Below are positions 13,889-26,600 of a DNA stretch of 52,679 bases, one piece after another. A program made the translations under genes and the position numbers. Each line of letters starts with the position of its first letter. Positions within the stretch are counted from its first letter, which is position 1. Location: contig JTLS01000012.1 in the NCBI GenBank assembly GCA_000826855.1, positions 1 through 52,679 of the forward strand. The letters are read 5' to 3'. Origin of the DNA: Basidioascus undulatus. Its lineage: Eukaryota. The notes under the pieces were generated by a model. That model saw only the letters and a list, made by a program, of their open reading frames with translations, made no database searches and was not told where the DNA came from.

Positions 13889-15397
13889 TTAGGACGCGAT
13901 CACCTGCGCCTCGGGGGAGGAGGGGCGCTTCTCGGCCGCGGGGGCAGCGACAGCAGCGTCGGCGGCGTCCTGGTTCTCGTCGCCGGCAGCGTCCTTGTTC
14001 TCGGGCTCGAGGCGCTCGCGGGCGACCTTGACGTTGATCTTGCGGCCCTCGACCTCGGTGCCGTGGAGGGCGTCGATCGCCTTCTGCTGCTCGGCCTCGT
14101 TCTTGAGGTCGACGAAACCGAGGCCGCGCGAGCGGCCGCGCGCGAAGCCGAAGGGGCGGGTGACGACGCGCACGGAAACGGGCTCGAAACCCTTCTCGAC
14201 GAAGAGCGCCTTGAGCTGCTCGTCGCCGAAGTCCTTCTTCGGCTGGTCCTCGGCCGTCTTGATGCGGAAGGGGAGGTTGTCGACGAAAAGCTGGTGCGAG
14301 ACGGGGGGGGATGGTAAGCGACGAGAGGTAGGGGGGACGGGGGAGTGCGTGGAGCGCGCGCGTACCTGGGTCTTGGAAGGCTCGCCGAGGGGATGGGGCT
14401 GGCGGGGCTGGCGGGGCTTCTTCTGCTTCTTAGCCTGACCGGCGCCCTCGCCCTCACCATCAACGGCGGAGGGATTGGGCTTCTCGGCGTCGACGGCAGC
14501 GGCTTGCTCGCCGGGCTGAGCGTCGCCAGCAGCAGCGGCCGCGGCACCACGACGGCGCTACAAACCGACACAAGTCAGCGCCGGTGAGCGCACAGCGTGA
14601 AGAGCGAAGAATGCGGACGCACGGGCTTCTTTGCCTTCTTCTTCCGGTCGCCGACCGCGGCCTGCGCCTGGCCTTCCGCAACCTCGCCTTCAGTCGTGGC
14701 GTCGTCGATGCGGGGCTGCTGCTGGCGGGGCTTGCGCTCCTTGGGCGGGCGCGGCTCCTTCTGCTTGGCGATCTCGACCGCGAGCTCGCGCCCGTCGACC
14801 GTCTTGCCGTGGAGGACCTTCACGGCGTTGTCGGCCTGCGCGGTGGTCGCGTAGTCAACGAAGCCAAAGCCCTTGGAGCGAGGGCCATGGCGGATGATCT
14901 GGGCGTCGGTGCTGAGGGGAGATGAGGGGTGGTCAGTATGCTTGTTATCGGGAGGCGTGTGGGCGGCGTGCCAGCTGTCAGGGAGCGTCTTCCCGCCAGA
15001 ACGCGTAATACCCTGCGCGCGTGCCTGAGACAAACCGTCTCTCGCCTTCCATCCCATCTCCAGCGCCCAACCCACAGTCGCCGTCCATCATGCCCAGTCC
15101 ATGCAACCTGTAATGGCCATGAGGACCAATAGCCCATGCGTTTGGACCCCTCTCAAAGCTATTCTCGCTCCCACGTCTTCGCGAAGGTCCCAGCTCTTCC
15201 TCCGCCCCGCTCCGCCACCCATGCCTGAACTCGCGCGAAAAGACTCACATCTCCCCACCGGCTTCCGCCGCGAGAGCACGGAGGCCTTCGTTATCAACGC
15301 TGAACGGGAGGTTGCCGACAAACACCTTGAGGCCGGGAGTCTGGGTCTGCTGCTCGGCGGCGGGCTGGCCGGAGGGGACGTCGGTAGTGGTCGCCAT
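13889..15397 (-). CDS. Two-RRM RNA-binding protein (Sbp1-like architecture possible), multi-exon
   Basis: MATTTDVPSGQ..., RRM1 KVFVGNLPF / RSKGFGFVDY, RRM2 FVDNLPF / RSRGLGFVDL, basic linker. Introns at about 15248-14912, 14622-14560 and 14362-14291. Stop TAA at 13889-13891. Confidence 0.85.
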
Positions 15398-15913
15398 TGG
15401 TGTGTGCGTGCGGTGTGTCGGACGGCGCGTTGATAAGTGCGAGTGTGTTGGGGGAGATTTCAGGTGCGTTTGACGCAGTAGGGGGGATGAACGGTGAGCT
15501 TTCTCTGGGCGGATCTGGTGTGTGTAGCTGGGGGAAGGGCAACCTCGTGAGTCGGCCCGCGCCCAAGTGCTGGCGCAGGCGCCGCTTCCTAACCTAGGAC
15601 GCTTTGCGAGTCGTACGTCACACGCCTCGCTTTCGACACGATTTCAGGGTGAATTGGAGCAAAAGATGATGGGAATATTGGTGAAAATTTTCCTTGCGTT
15701 CTTGAAAGAGACTGCGAATGCTGCGAGGCTCCCAGGGCAGTTGCGGAGTGCTGCCGCTGCAGTGAAATTTGTTTGCAGTTTCACCCGTCCTGCTCAAACT
15801 CTTCGAAATTGGATCCGCGCTGAGGACGCAGCGAGTGGCAACCAGATGTAGCAGCATCCTTTTCCTTCGCACACGACCTACGTCGCTTTCATCCATACTC
15901 CCATTCCATCAGC

Positions 15914-18069
15914 ATGATTGCTACGCAGACCATCCAGCCTATCCCATCCAGCAGCGCCCTCTCCGGCCCCAGGCTCGAATCGACTAAGACGTGCCCACAC
16001 ACGCGCAGCAGGCGGAGATCGACGAGCTCGAGAATCGGGCGCTCGCTTTGGTACCCGTCAGCGTCAACTACTTCATCCACAGGGGGTTTCAACCCGTTGT
16101 TACAATTTCTCCAGGCGTGGTCCTCTGGTGGCTTGGGGAAAGGAGCTTGTTACGGGCAGGGAGGGCTTGACGTGGTCTGGATGTAGTTAGAGGGCGGGTG
16201 GATGCGTTCTTTCACGGCATCAATTTGGAATGAGAAAAGCACTGCGCGCCGTCTTGCCTCAACGGCGTCTGACCGGATGTATGCGTGCCAGCCTCGGTGA
16301 CCGAGGTCGTGCGAGCCCAGCTCTTATCCCGATGCATCCAGCCGGCGCAGCGACTGTTCAACACCTCACCCCGCCCGTCTCCTTCGCTAACACCGTCTCA
16401 CGCCCACAGGGAGAAGCAACTACAAATGCGGAGTATTGCCCTTCCCACTTCTGCCTTCCCAGACTCGCATCGCTCATCATGCCCGCGCGTTCTGCGATGC
16501 CTTCAAATTCTGCTTACACACGTCCAAGAACCTCGAGGAAGTTAAGCGGGCGCTACGGATGCTGAAGGAGGAGGGGATGGAGAAGCTCAACATCAGCGGG
16601 GGAGGTGAGCGCTTCGTTTTCCCGCCTCCCATCTCCTGGCACACCTTTCTCGATCTGAACTTATAGAGCATCCCCATTCCAGGCGTTTTTGCAGTCAAAA
16701 TTCCTCGGGGACATTATCCGCTACACGAAGGAGACGCCGGTGGTGTACGTACCAGGGACATTCCACCGTCGCGGCATCGCCGCGCCGAACCTGACTGTGT
16801 TCCTCTGACGTTTCTGGACCAGGTCGACGGGGATCATCTGCAACGGCTGCAAGGTCACCGAGGCGTGGTTGAGGCAATACGGGCAGTGGCTCGACATGCT
16901 CGGCGTCAGCTGCGACTCGTTTGTGCGTCCGCCCTCCGCAGAGTACCACCCTTTCACGCTCGCAACTCAACCCCTTCCGCCACAGGACGAGGAAACGAAC
17001 ATCAAGATTGGCCGGAGCGAGAACGGGGCGCAGCCACGCTCGCCACGTCGCCCCTTCCCACCGCCACATCCCACCCTCGGAACTGCATAGCTTATCCATT
17101 TTGTTTCTCGCAGCCGATCAAGGTCGCCGAGTGGGTGCCGCGACTACGGAATCATGTTCAAGATGAAGTTCGTCGCTCCTGCTTTCTACCTCCATCCCAT
17201 CCCGTCTGTCTGCTTTGAACAGCTGTCGCACACTTTCTGAAGCACGGTGGTGAACCGCCACAACCACCTGGAGGACATGAGTTATGCGCTCGAGGAGATC
17301 CAGAGCCTGAAGCCGCCCGGGCAGAAGTTCCGGTGGAAGGTCCGCGCCTTCTTCCTCTCCCTTCTTCCTCTCCCTTCTTCCTCCCGCCTCTCTTCCTTTA
17401 TTGAACCATCCCTGTGTGACCCTCAACAGGTGTTCCACCCCCTGTCCCTCGACGAGAACACGGGAGAGAACGCGACGCAGCGGGACGCGAGCGACTTCAC
17501 GGTGACGGACGAGGAGTTCGAGGGTGTACAGTTCTTCTCCCTTATCCTTTTCTTTCGTCGGAGCGCTCGCTGACACGGCTTTTTATGGCAGCGTTCCTCG
17601 CGAGGCACAAGGCCTATAACCCGATCGACGAGAACAACGCGAAGATGCGGGACTCCTAGTCCGTCTCCCGGCCACCCCATTCCTGCTTAAGGGCTGCCTG
17701 ATTCACTGACTGACGCGCTTTTGCAATCTCCTCCTCGATGAGAAGATGCGCTTCCTGAACTGCGAGGGCGGGAAGAAGGTGCCCGGGCGCTCGATCCTTG
17801 AGGTGGGCGTCGCGGAGGCTTTCAAGGACGCGAGGTTTAATGCGAAAGGTCCACCTTCTTCTCTTCTCTCTCGTTTACTTGATTTCCTTTGGGTGTACGC
17901 TGATGCGAGAGGGAGCAGGGCGCGGCGGGGAACATTGTTCGTGGACAGCAGCAGTGCCACGTTGTCAACAGGTCTTCGCTGACGTACGGAGCCAGGCTGA
18001 AGACTGTCGCGCCGCGGGGGCGTGTTTGATTGGACGAAGCAGGCGAGGGAGGGGGAGCTCGACTTCTGA
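15914..18069 (+). pseudogene. RSAD2: Viperin (RSAD2)-like radical SAM enzyme, disrupted
   Basis: Exon segments read VPVSVNYFIHR, (S)NYKC..[119 protein letters not shown] and RRGGVFDWTKQAREGELDF-stop, collinear with viperin including the C-terminal aromatic residue. Lesions: frameshift near 15990, first Cys of CX3CX2C reads AGC (about 16416), AA instead of acceptor AG near 16507 and 17725, and an extra G near 17135. Confidence 0.88.
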
Positions 18070-18598
18070 GTGAAATATAATTTGTCGAGCTTGCGCTGGG
18101 AGGCCTGCGGCGTGCGCGATGAGCTTATTTGGGCTTGACTGCCTGGAAGGTTTGTGAAAGGTGCTACGCTCTCATTGGCACCGCTTTGATGGAAGCCATC
18201 GCCGCAGTTCGTCTTCCAGTTCATGTTATAACGGGATTCTGGTCGTACCGCCTTCCTTGAGTCTGAGTTTTGGAAAGAGGAAGCACTTGAGAATACTGCC
18301 ATCGGAGGCGTCGCCCTGAGGTGCAGGATCAACATTCCTGTGCGAAGCGACGCAGCGTCGTGAATATTTAAGCACGAGATTCTTTGACTTGATTAAACAG
18401 AAACACTGCCTACACTCTTCAGACCAAGCGCACATGAGTCTTTCCCTATCATGGCTGTTGAAAAAAATAAGACTTGCTCGACCAGGCCCGAAGACTCTGT
18501 GTCGGCACACTGTTCACGCTGCCTGACCGCTCCCCCTCCGCAACGCGCCGATATCATGATAAAAAAACACTCTCAAGGTATAACAAAAATACAACTGC

Positions 18599-18681
18599 TG
18601 TCGGTGGGCGGAATCGAACCGCCATCTTGTCGGGCTTGCTGAAACCACAACGACATGTACTCACCGTTATACTACACTGAC
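18599..18681 (-). tRNA. tRNA-His (GUG) with 11-nt intron (18634-18644)
   Basis: Reverse complement folds as GTCAGTG-TA-GTAT AACGGTGA GTAC-A-TGTCG TT GTG G [TTTCAGCAAGC] C CGACA-AGAT-GGCGG TTCGATT CCGCC-CACCGAC-A. Intron is at the canonical 37/38 site. T-runs (Pol III terminator) lie just downstream at 18585-18589 and 18561-18567. Confidence 0.92.
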
Positions 18682-19378
18682 ACGAGCTTCCTCATCCATC
18701 TTGTATAGCTGTACCAAAAAATTTGTAAAGTGAAATGATCCTTAAGAAAAAACTTGCGAGACCAGCTCCCCAGACGTGATCATGCCTGCAGTTCTGCGCT
18801 TCACACCGCAACAAGCAAAACTCAACCGAAGCAGCAGGCGGACCGCAAATCCCCTGTGTCTACGTTGAAAGAGCTGTGACTGGGAACGAATTGCTCAACG
18901 ACCCTCCTTTTGACAAGTGCTCCTGCACATATAAACATCCAGGTCGCCCTCTGTGTTTGCTCATTGGATCCCAGATGCTGCCTCTAGCCAGCCTGCCGAG
19001 CATCGTTTGAATGAGCTTGTTAGTGGGGTGAATGATGAGGAGCTGCTGAAGCTGTCCATGCTCTAAGCCTCAGCATGCTTTTGTGCAGGGATGCAGCAGC
19101 GATTCAACTTGCCCTCAAAAACCGGGTGTAGTCCTCACGCCTCACTCTCAACGCTCAAACAATAAACAGCACTAATACCAGGTCAATTACAGAAGAAAGC
19201 CTGTGCCTCCGATCATCTTACTAGGTTACTTACCGCAAGCCAGCAGGGCACAGCCGACAACGACTGCATCCGCCCGCTGCATTTTGGCCTCTTCCCGCAT
19301 CTGGACTTCTTCAACCACCTAGCGTTGTCGTCTTGCGTTCGGAAAAATCATTCCTCAAAGAAGCGTGGTATTTAACCA

Positions 19379-20090
19379 TTGAGCTTATATCGCCTACGAC
19401 CAGGAACAGCCTGTCTCCCACAAGGCAGCCATGGCGCAGTCCCGCTTGCCCGTACCGGGCTTGACTTCAAATTCGATTGTTATGATGGGGTGTACTACGA
19501 CCCCGAGAAGAGGTGGATCTTCGTTTATGTGGACGGAGCTTGCAAACGGATACCAGAATGCTGAGGCGGGATTGGCGTCTACCTCGGTAAGCTCTCGTCT
19601 CCTCCCGCCGGTGGCTGTCGATGCTGCTGGGTGGCTAGCTACTCAACTTTTTCCTGGACGCAGGCCCCGGATCACGCCACAACATTTCCGTACCCCTGCA
19701 AGGCTACCTCCAGACGGAAAACCGTGTCGAGCTCACAGCAGTCGTCGTCACCGAAGAAACGCTCCTCCGATTCGTGCAGCGTGGCCAGTTGCGGTCGGGT
19801 CGAGCCCTTCCACGCTTCACGATCCTGACCGACTCGACATACGTCGTGGACGGCATGAACTATTGGGTACCCGACATCTGGCAACGGAACGGATGCCTCA
19901 GTGCGCACGGCCGGCCGGTTGAGAACCAGACCTCTGGCACCGCTTGGTGCGGCTCGATGAAGACTTGCAGGGGTGGAACGCGCAATTCTAGGAGCCGGAA
20001 TATGTGTGGGTGCCCCGGGAACTGAACGCGTGGGCAGACCGCCTGGTGAAGAGGGGATCGACAACGGGAACGCGTTTCGAGAGACTGGAT
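19379..20090 (+). pseudogene. RNase H1-type ribonuclease H domain, frameshifted
   Basis: Motifs IFVYVDGAC, NG..NAEA-GIGVY, QTENRVELTA, FTILTDSTYVVDGM, WQRNG and GRPVENQDLW occur in RNase HI order. One GT-AG intron at about 19587-19663, and several 1-2 nt frameshifts. Ends are approximate. Confidence 0.75.
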
Positions 20091-20271
20091 CAAGAATTGC
20101 TTGGCCACTGCCGTTCACGCTTATGCGGCTGGGTGAATGGACCAGCCAAGGACCAGCCTGTCAATTGAACGCATGCACCTGCCTGCACTGCAAATCATCA
20201 AATATCCGTATGGTCTCATCGACCAACCCCCACCCAGAAGTGTCCCAAGTCCAGTCGCTCTCCCCCACCGC

Positions 20272-23239
20272 TCACAGCTTCACCGGGAACTGCATCTTCT
20301 CGCCATAGTTCCAGTGGCTGTTCCCGCCCACACCCGCATCAGTCCAACCATCCATTCACTGAGAGAAGGAAGACAAGAAGGGAGAGAGAGCGGGGACGCA
20401 CATCGCCTTGACGTTCGTGTACTCCTCGAGGCCGTACGACCCGAGCTCGCGGCCCCACCCGCTCGTCTTGTACCCTCCAAACGGCACGTTGTTTGCCGTC
20501 CAGGTGTACGAGTTCTGAGCCCGACCACGATTTCATTAGCCATCCTTGCACTTTCAGCAACGGGGAAGGTGGTGGTGAAAGAAGGGAGGGGATGGAAAAC
20601 ATAACGCACCACCCAAACCGTCCCCGCCTTTAGCTTGTTGCCGACACGCATGATCTGGTCGGCGTCCTTGGTGTGCAGCGCCGCGGCGAGGCCGTAGTTC
20701 GAGTCGTTCGCGAGCGTGATCGCCTCTTCCTCCGTCTTGAACGGGATAACGACGAGAACGGGGCCGAAGATCTCCTCGCGTGCCTGGCCACATCACTGTC
20801 AGCCATATACAATATCTTCTTTAGGGGATGGGGAGATGGGAGGACGGACGATACGCATGTCTGTTTTAGATAGGGGACGCGGATGAGTTAGATAATTGAT
20901 GGGGGATGGGGAGGAGCAACGTCGGACGACAACGCACCGTTCCGCACGCCAGTAAAGACCGTCGGCTTCACGAAGTAGCCTTTCAACCCGACGCGGTGGC
21001 CGCCCGTGAGGACCTTGGCGCCCTCCTTCTTGCCGAGCTCGATGTACGAGAGGATCTTATCGAACTGCAGTCGTCCACCCAAAATCCATCAGGTCTACGT
21101 TCATAGGAGAGGGAAGGAGGGATGAGGCGCACCTGGACCTTCGAGATCTGCGGGCCCTGGTCCGTCGATGCATCGAGGACATCGCCGACCTACACCACCC
21201 ACAGCGCACCAGCACGCGTTTATCCAACATCCCAGCACACCAGATAAGACAAAGCGCACCTTGATCCGCTCCGCAGCAGCCTTGATCCCCTCCTCGAACT
21301 GCTTCAAGACGCTCTCCTGTTGCGTCCGTCCAACAGTTCAGTCCCAGAGGGGGCGCTCGAAAAGAGGGTGAAGGGGAGAGGGGAAGGTGAATGGGGGCGA
21401 GGAGGGAGGAAGAGATAAACGCACGTGCACCAGCACGCGGCTCCCCGCCGAGCAGGACTGCCCCGCGTTCTCAAACACCGCGAGCGCGGACCACTGGACG
21501 GCTTGGTCGACGTCGGCTTTGTCGAACACTATCCCGTTGACATCCCCGCGATCCCATCAGCATCCTTTTCTTTTTTTCCTTCCTTTCTTCCTCGGGAAAC
21601 ATCGTCGAATTGGGGGGGTGAAGGGGAATAGAGGAGGACGGGGGAAGATGAGGAAGGGGAGGGAGACGGGAAGGTAGAAGAACGACCCACCGATGTTTGC
21701 GCTCTTCCCGCCCAGCTCAAGCGTCACCTTCTTCAAGTTCGTCTTCGCCGCGGCGATCGTGATTGCCCGGCCGGTGTCGGTCGAGCCGGTAAATGCGATC
21801 TGTGTCAAGGGTTCGGTTCGCGTGTCAGCGGGACTACGCTGGAGAAGGTGTTGGGAGAAGGGAAAAGATATAGAGTGAGGAGGGAGGAGAGGCACCTTGT
21901 TGATGTCCTTGTGCTCCGAGATCGCAGACCCCGTCTCGCGCCCGAGGCCGTTGACGACGTTGAAGACGCCGTCAGGGAAGCTGCGCGTGGGGTGCAGCGT
22001 GAGCATGAGCTAGGAAGGATTTGGGGGAAGGAAGAGGAAGGGGCATGGGAGGAAAGAGTAAGAGATGGCTTACCCGGCCTCCTTGAACAGCGCGCCGATG
22101 AGGAGTGTCGAGAGGGGCGTGTTCTCTGCGGGCTTGAAGACTGCGCGTGCGCGACAAATGAAGACAGAATGAGCTATAGAACGAGGATGGCAATGTAACA
22201 AATGGAAAGAGACGCGACCCACCGATCGAGCACCCCACCGCGAGTGCCGGAGCGACCTTCCAGCCCCACCTGGTCATTTCCGACCCTCATCAGCACCATT
22301 CTCTTCCGCGCGCGAGGATCGGAGTAATGAGAAGGAGGTACATCATGACCGGGTAATTCCAAGGCACGACCTGCCCGACGACGCCCACGGGCTCGTGCCG
22401 CGTGAACGCAAGCTTGGTCGCGTCGTTCACCTCGAGCGCTTGACCGATGATCTTGTCGGCCCAACCGGCGTAGTAGCGGAGCTAAATTGGAGGGAGGATG
22501 GGTGTTAAGCATAAAAGATGGCTAGGGCGAGGTGAGAGTAGGCGCACACAGGCGACACAGTCGGAGATGTCGGCCTGTTGGGACGGAAGTCAGTTGCGAG
22601 GGAGGGATGGAAGGGGAAATGTAAGAAAACGCACCTTCGCCCACCCGATCGGCTTCCCGGCGTCCAAAGCCTCAACCACCGCGAGCTTCTCCAAGTCCCG
22701 CTCGATCAACTGTCCCGGCACCCACCCAAATAAGCCAAATCAGCACCCCTGTGGCGGCGCAACCGCGCTCAGGACGCACGTCCGCCAAGCGCCGCATGAG
22801 CGCCGCGCGCTCCGTTCCCGGAGTGTTGGTCCCCCACGTCGTCTCGAACGCGCGCCGGGCCGCCTTCACGGCGTCATCGACGTCCGCCGCGGACGCGCCG
22901 TGCACGCGCGCCCCGCCGGAGACGATCGCGAGCTCGGTGGAGGGGTTGTGGGTCTCGCTGTTGGTACGGGTGTGTGAGCATGTCAAAGCAAGGGAGGGAA
23001 GAGGAGAAGGTAGGGAAGGCACACATGGGTGTCCCCCGTCCGGCCTTGAACTGTCCGTCGATGAGCAGCCCAAGCGGGAGGTCGATGGGCTCGGGGAAGT
23101 GGGGCGCGACGGAGAGGCGCGCGGTGAGTGGGGCAGAAGAGGAAGCCATGATGGATGAGGAGGTTAGTGAGCGGAGAGTGTGAGATGCGCGGGGGGAGTA
23201 GAATGCTGCTGTTGCTCGTCGGAAAGCAAGACGGAGCAT
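20272..23239 (-). CDS. NAD(P)+-dependent aldehyde dehydrogenase (candidate betaine-aldehyde dehydrogenase), multi-exon
   Basis: Exons give [56 protein letters not shown] (catalytic Glu), [11 protein letters not shown] (catalytic Cys near 21453), EIFGPV and [10 protein letters not shown], ending [18 protein letters not shown]. N-terminal Arg/Ser-rich extension with a second Met at 23149. Substrate is inferred from context only. Confidence 0.93.
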
Positions 23240-23650
23240 CCCAGGCCTCAGGTGCGATATTGAGATCCAAGACGTCCTCCTCGAAGCGAAGGCAGCGCGG
23301 TCCGGGGCGCCCGCCGAGGATCAGCCTATTCCATTACGCGAGAATAGACACGTGCACTTACGTTCAAGGTCCCACTAGCCGAGATAACGTGACGGACGTA
23401 CGTCATTCCGACACACCAAACACACTTACCTGATCGATAAACACGCTCCGAGCCTCCAAGTGTCGTGTGCACCGCTGCCATGCTGCACCGAGGCACCCCG
23501 ATCGACGTCTTCTCCGGTTCTCCCCTCCCCAACCGGGCCTTCCTCCTCCTCCTCGTCCTTCCGACCCCCTATACCCTCGAGGCCTCAACAGCTGCTAGCA
23601 GGCATACCCCTTCAGTTCACCTTCTTTCAACTTCGATCAGTGCCTTCAAC
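23240..23650. promoter_or_regulatory. Short bidirectional promoter region between ALDH and GMC oxidase
   Basis: About 410 nt separate the two head-to-head start codons (23239 on minus, 23651 on plus). Confidence 0.6.
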
Positions 23651-26600
23651 ATGGCCACTTCGCTCGAGAAGACCGAGTTTGACTTTATCATCGTGTGCGT
23701 GGTGCCCCTGTTCATCTTCTATTCTAGCGAAGGTGTTCAGGCTGAACTTGGGCTCTCCCCCTCCTCCTCTTCCCGTCACAGCGGCGGTGGCACGGCCGGC
23801 TGTGTTCTCGCTAACCGTCTGACCGAGGACCCGAACATCAGCGTGCGTCTTCTTCCCCTGCCTACCCACCTTCACCCTTCGCTGAATGGCTGCCCCCTCG
23901 CGCAGGTGCTCCTCATCGAGGGCGGTCCGTCTCCTTCCCCACACCCTGCTATCAAAGCTGTTACAGTACTGATGTGGGAATGGGACTAAGCCAGGCCCCG
24001 ACGACCGCAACCTCCCCGAAGTCCTCGAGCTGCGCCGGTGGCTCGAGCTCCTCGGCGGCCCGCTCGACTATGGGTACACGACGACCGAGCAGCCGCGCGG
24101 GAACTCGCATATCCTCCACTCGCGGGCCAAGGTGCTCGGTGCGTCTTCCCATCCCCAGTTCTCATCTTCCCTGTTATCTGACATTAAGAAGCCTCGCTCA
24201 GGGGGGTGCTCATCGCACAATACCCGTGCGTGTTTTGCCTTGGTATGCAAAGGAAACCAAGTAGCTGAATTCTGGGAGAGATACGAAACAGTCATCTGTT
24301 TCCGCCCCTTCCCGAAGGACCTGGACGAATGGGTCTCCCTGCACGGCTGCGTAGGATGGGACAACGAGACTCTGCAGCCCTGTGCGTCTTCCCTTACCCT
24401 TCCTTCCCCGTACCCTTCCCTTCCCCTTCCACCTCTCCCTCCCCTCCGACTTGCTTCCGTCGCTAAGCGCTCCTCCACCCAGACGGCGACCGCCTCCTCC
24501 CCCACATCGCGCCCGTCGCCCAAAAGGACCAGAACCCGATCATGCGTGACTGGATCGCGTCCTGCGCGACCGCCACGGGCGCGCCGCACATCCGCGACTT
24601 TGATGGCTGGGCGAAGCACCGGCACGAGGGCGGCGAGATGGGCCGGGTGTGGAAGGAGGGCGTCGGGTGGTTGAGCATCGCGTACACGCCGGAGGACGGG
24701 AAGAGGAGCAGCGCTTCGGTACGTCGTCTTTTTGATGCCTTTCGGGGTTTCTCTATCCGTGTCTTCATTTTCTTCGCTTCTTTTTCTTTAAATTTGCTTT
24801 CTTGGACATTTTTAAACATTTCTAGATCGTTTGAGGGGGACTCCAAAGCGAGAACGGGAAGGGGAACAGAATATTGACTTGCGAAAGTGTCGTCGGGTCG
24901 TTGGCCTACAGGTCGCTTACGTCCACCCTATCATGGACGGCCGGCGCAAGAACCTCACAATCCTGCTCGAAACGTGGGTGGACAAGCTCCTCCTCTCCGG
25001 CAAGCGCGCCGTGGGTGTCGAGGTGCGTCTTCCCTCCTCTCCCCACCCACCCTCGCCTTCTCCCCTCGCCCTCCCCTCGCTGCCCCGTTTTTCTCGTACT
25101 GTTAGCTGATGGGTGGGGAGAATAGGCCGTCCTCAAGTCCGGCACGCGCCTGACGCTCAAGGCGAAGCACGAGGTCCTCCTCTGCGCGGGCGCTGTCGAC
25201 TCGCCCCGCCTGCTCCTCCTCTCCGGCATCGGCCCGCGCGGGCAGCTGGAGGAGCTGGGGATCGAGGTGAAGCATGACCTTCCTGGCATTGGGGAGAACT
25301 TGCTTGTGCGTATTAATTCCCACTTACGTAACCCTCCCGCTCGTAGAGGTCGGGTCGGGGCGACCCCCTGGCCTCGCCCCCACTTCCTCTTCGACCCCCG
25401 AACCAACAAGAACACTGATTTGGACAATCTGGACCGGTTAAAAAGGACCATCCAGAGTCAATTTTGATGTGGGAAACCGACGAATTACCCAAAGAAACGG
25501 TCATGGAGTCCGACGCAGCGCTGTTCCTCAAGCGGGACCAGGACGGGGACCCCCGGCCGGGTGCGTTACTTGTCCGCTTCGTTCCTCGACTTGCTCCTGA
25601 CTAAAAACCACCGTCAAGACATTATGTATCACATCTATAGCATTCCGTTTGCGGATAACACCGAGCGGTGCTTTTCCTCACGTCTTCCCTTGGCCTCGCC
25701 CGCTCGCTCGACTTACCCCCCCTCACCCGCCCGGCTCGCAACAGTCTTGGATACCCTCGTCCCCAGCACGCTATCTGCATGACGCCCAGCAAGTAGCGTT
25801 TCTATTATTCTGTAGTCGAGATCAAAAACTAACCCGGTCCACGATGCAGACATCCCCCGACCCCTCTCGCGTGGCCGCCTCTACCTGACCTCGGCCGACC
25901 CGAAGGTCAAGCCCGCGCTCGACTTCCGCTACTTCGTGAGCCATGTCCCTTTTTCTCAATCGTAGTTCTTCTCCCATCGCACCGCCGACCCAGCCACTCC
26001 TCTGCCTGCCGCACGCTCGCATCGACCTGACACCTTCCTCGCCCCACCAGACCGACCCCGAAGACTACGACGCCCGTTGCATCGTCGAGGGCATCAAGAT
26101 CGCCCGCAAGATCGCCGCGACCGCGCCGTTCTCGTCCTGGCTGAAGAAGGAGATTGCTCCCGGCCCGCACGTCACGTCTGACGAGGACCTCAGCGAGTAC
26201 GGGCGGAAGGCCGCGCACACTGTTTACCACCCCGTCCGTCTTCGTGCATTTCTGCTTGAAAGTCATGGGGGTACGAGAGGAAAATCACTGACATCGTGTG
26301 CGGTTGGTGCGACAGGCCGGCACTTGCAAGATGGGCGGCAAGGACGACAAGCTTGCCGTTGTGGACCCCCTGCTCCGCGTGAGGGGTCTGCAGGGCGTGC
26401 GCGTGGTGGATGCTGCGATCTTCCCGCAGATGGTGGTACGTCTTTTTCCACCATATCCCTCCTCCATTTACTTCCTTGATGTTTCGACGGTCGCTAAGCA
26501 CTTCGCACGCAGACTGCCAACCCGATGATCACGGTGCGAATTCATCGCTGCATTTGAGACAGAGTCTTGGAATACCCACTAATATTAGGGGGTGAAATAG

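Noticed and set aside
19379..20090. Intact retrotransposon
   Set aside because: No RT, integrase, gag, LTR or target-site duplication is visible, and the RNase H segment contains a spliceosomal intron.
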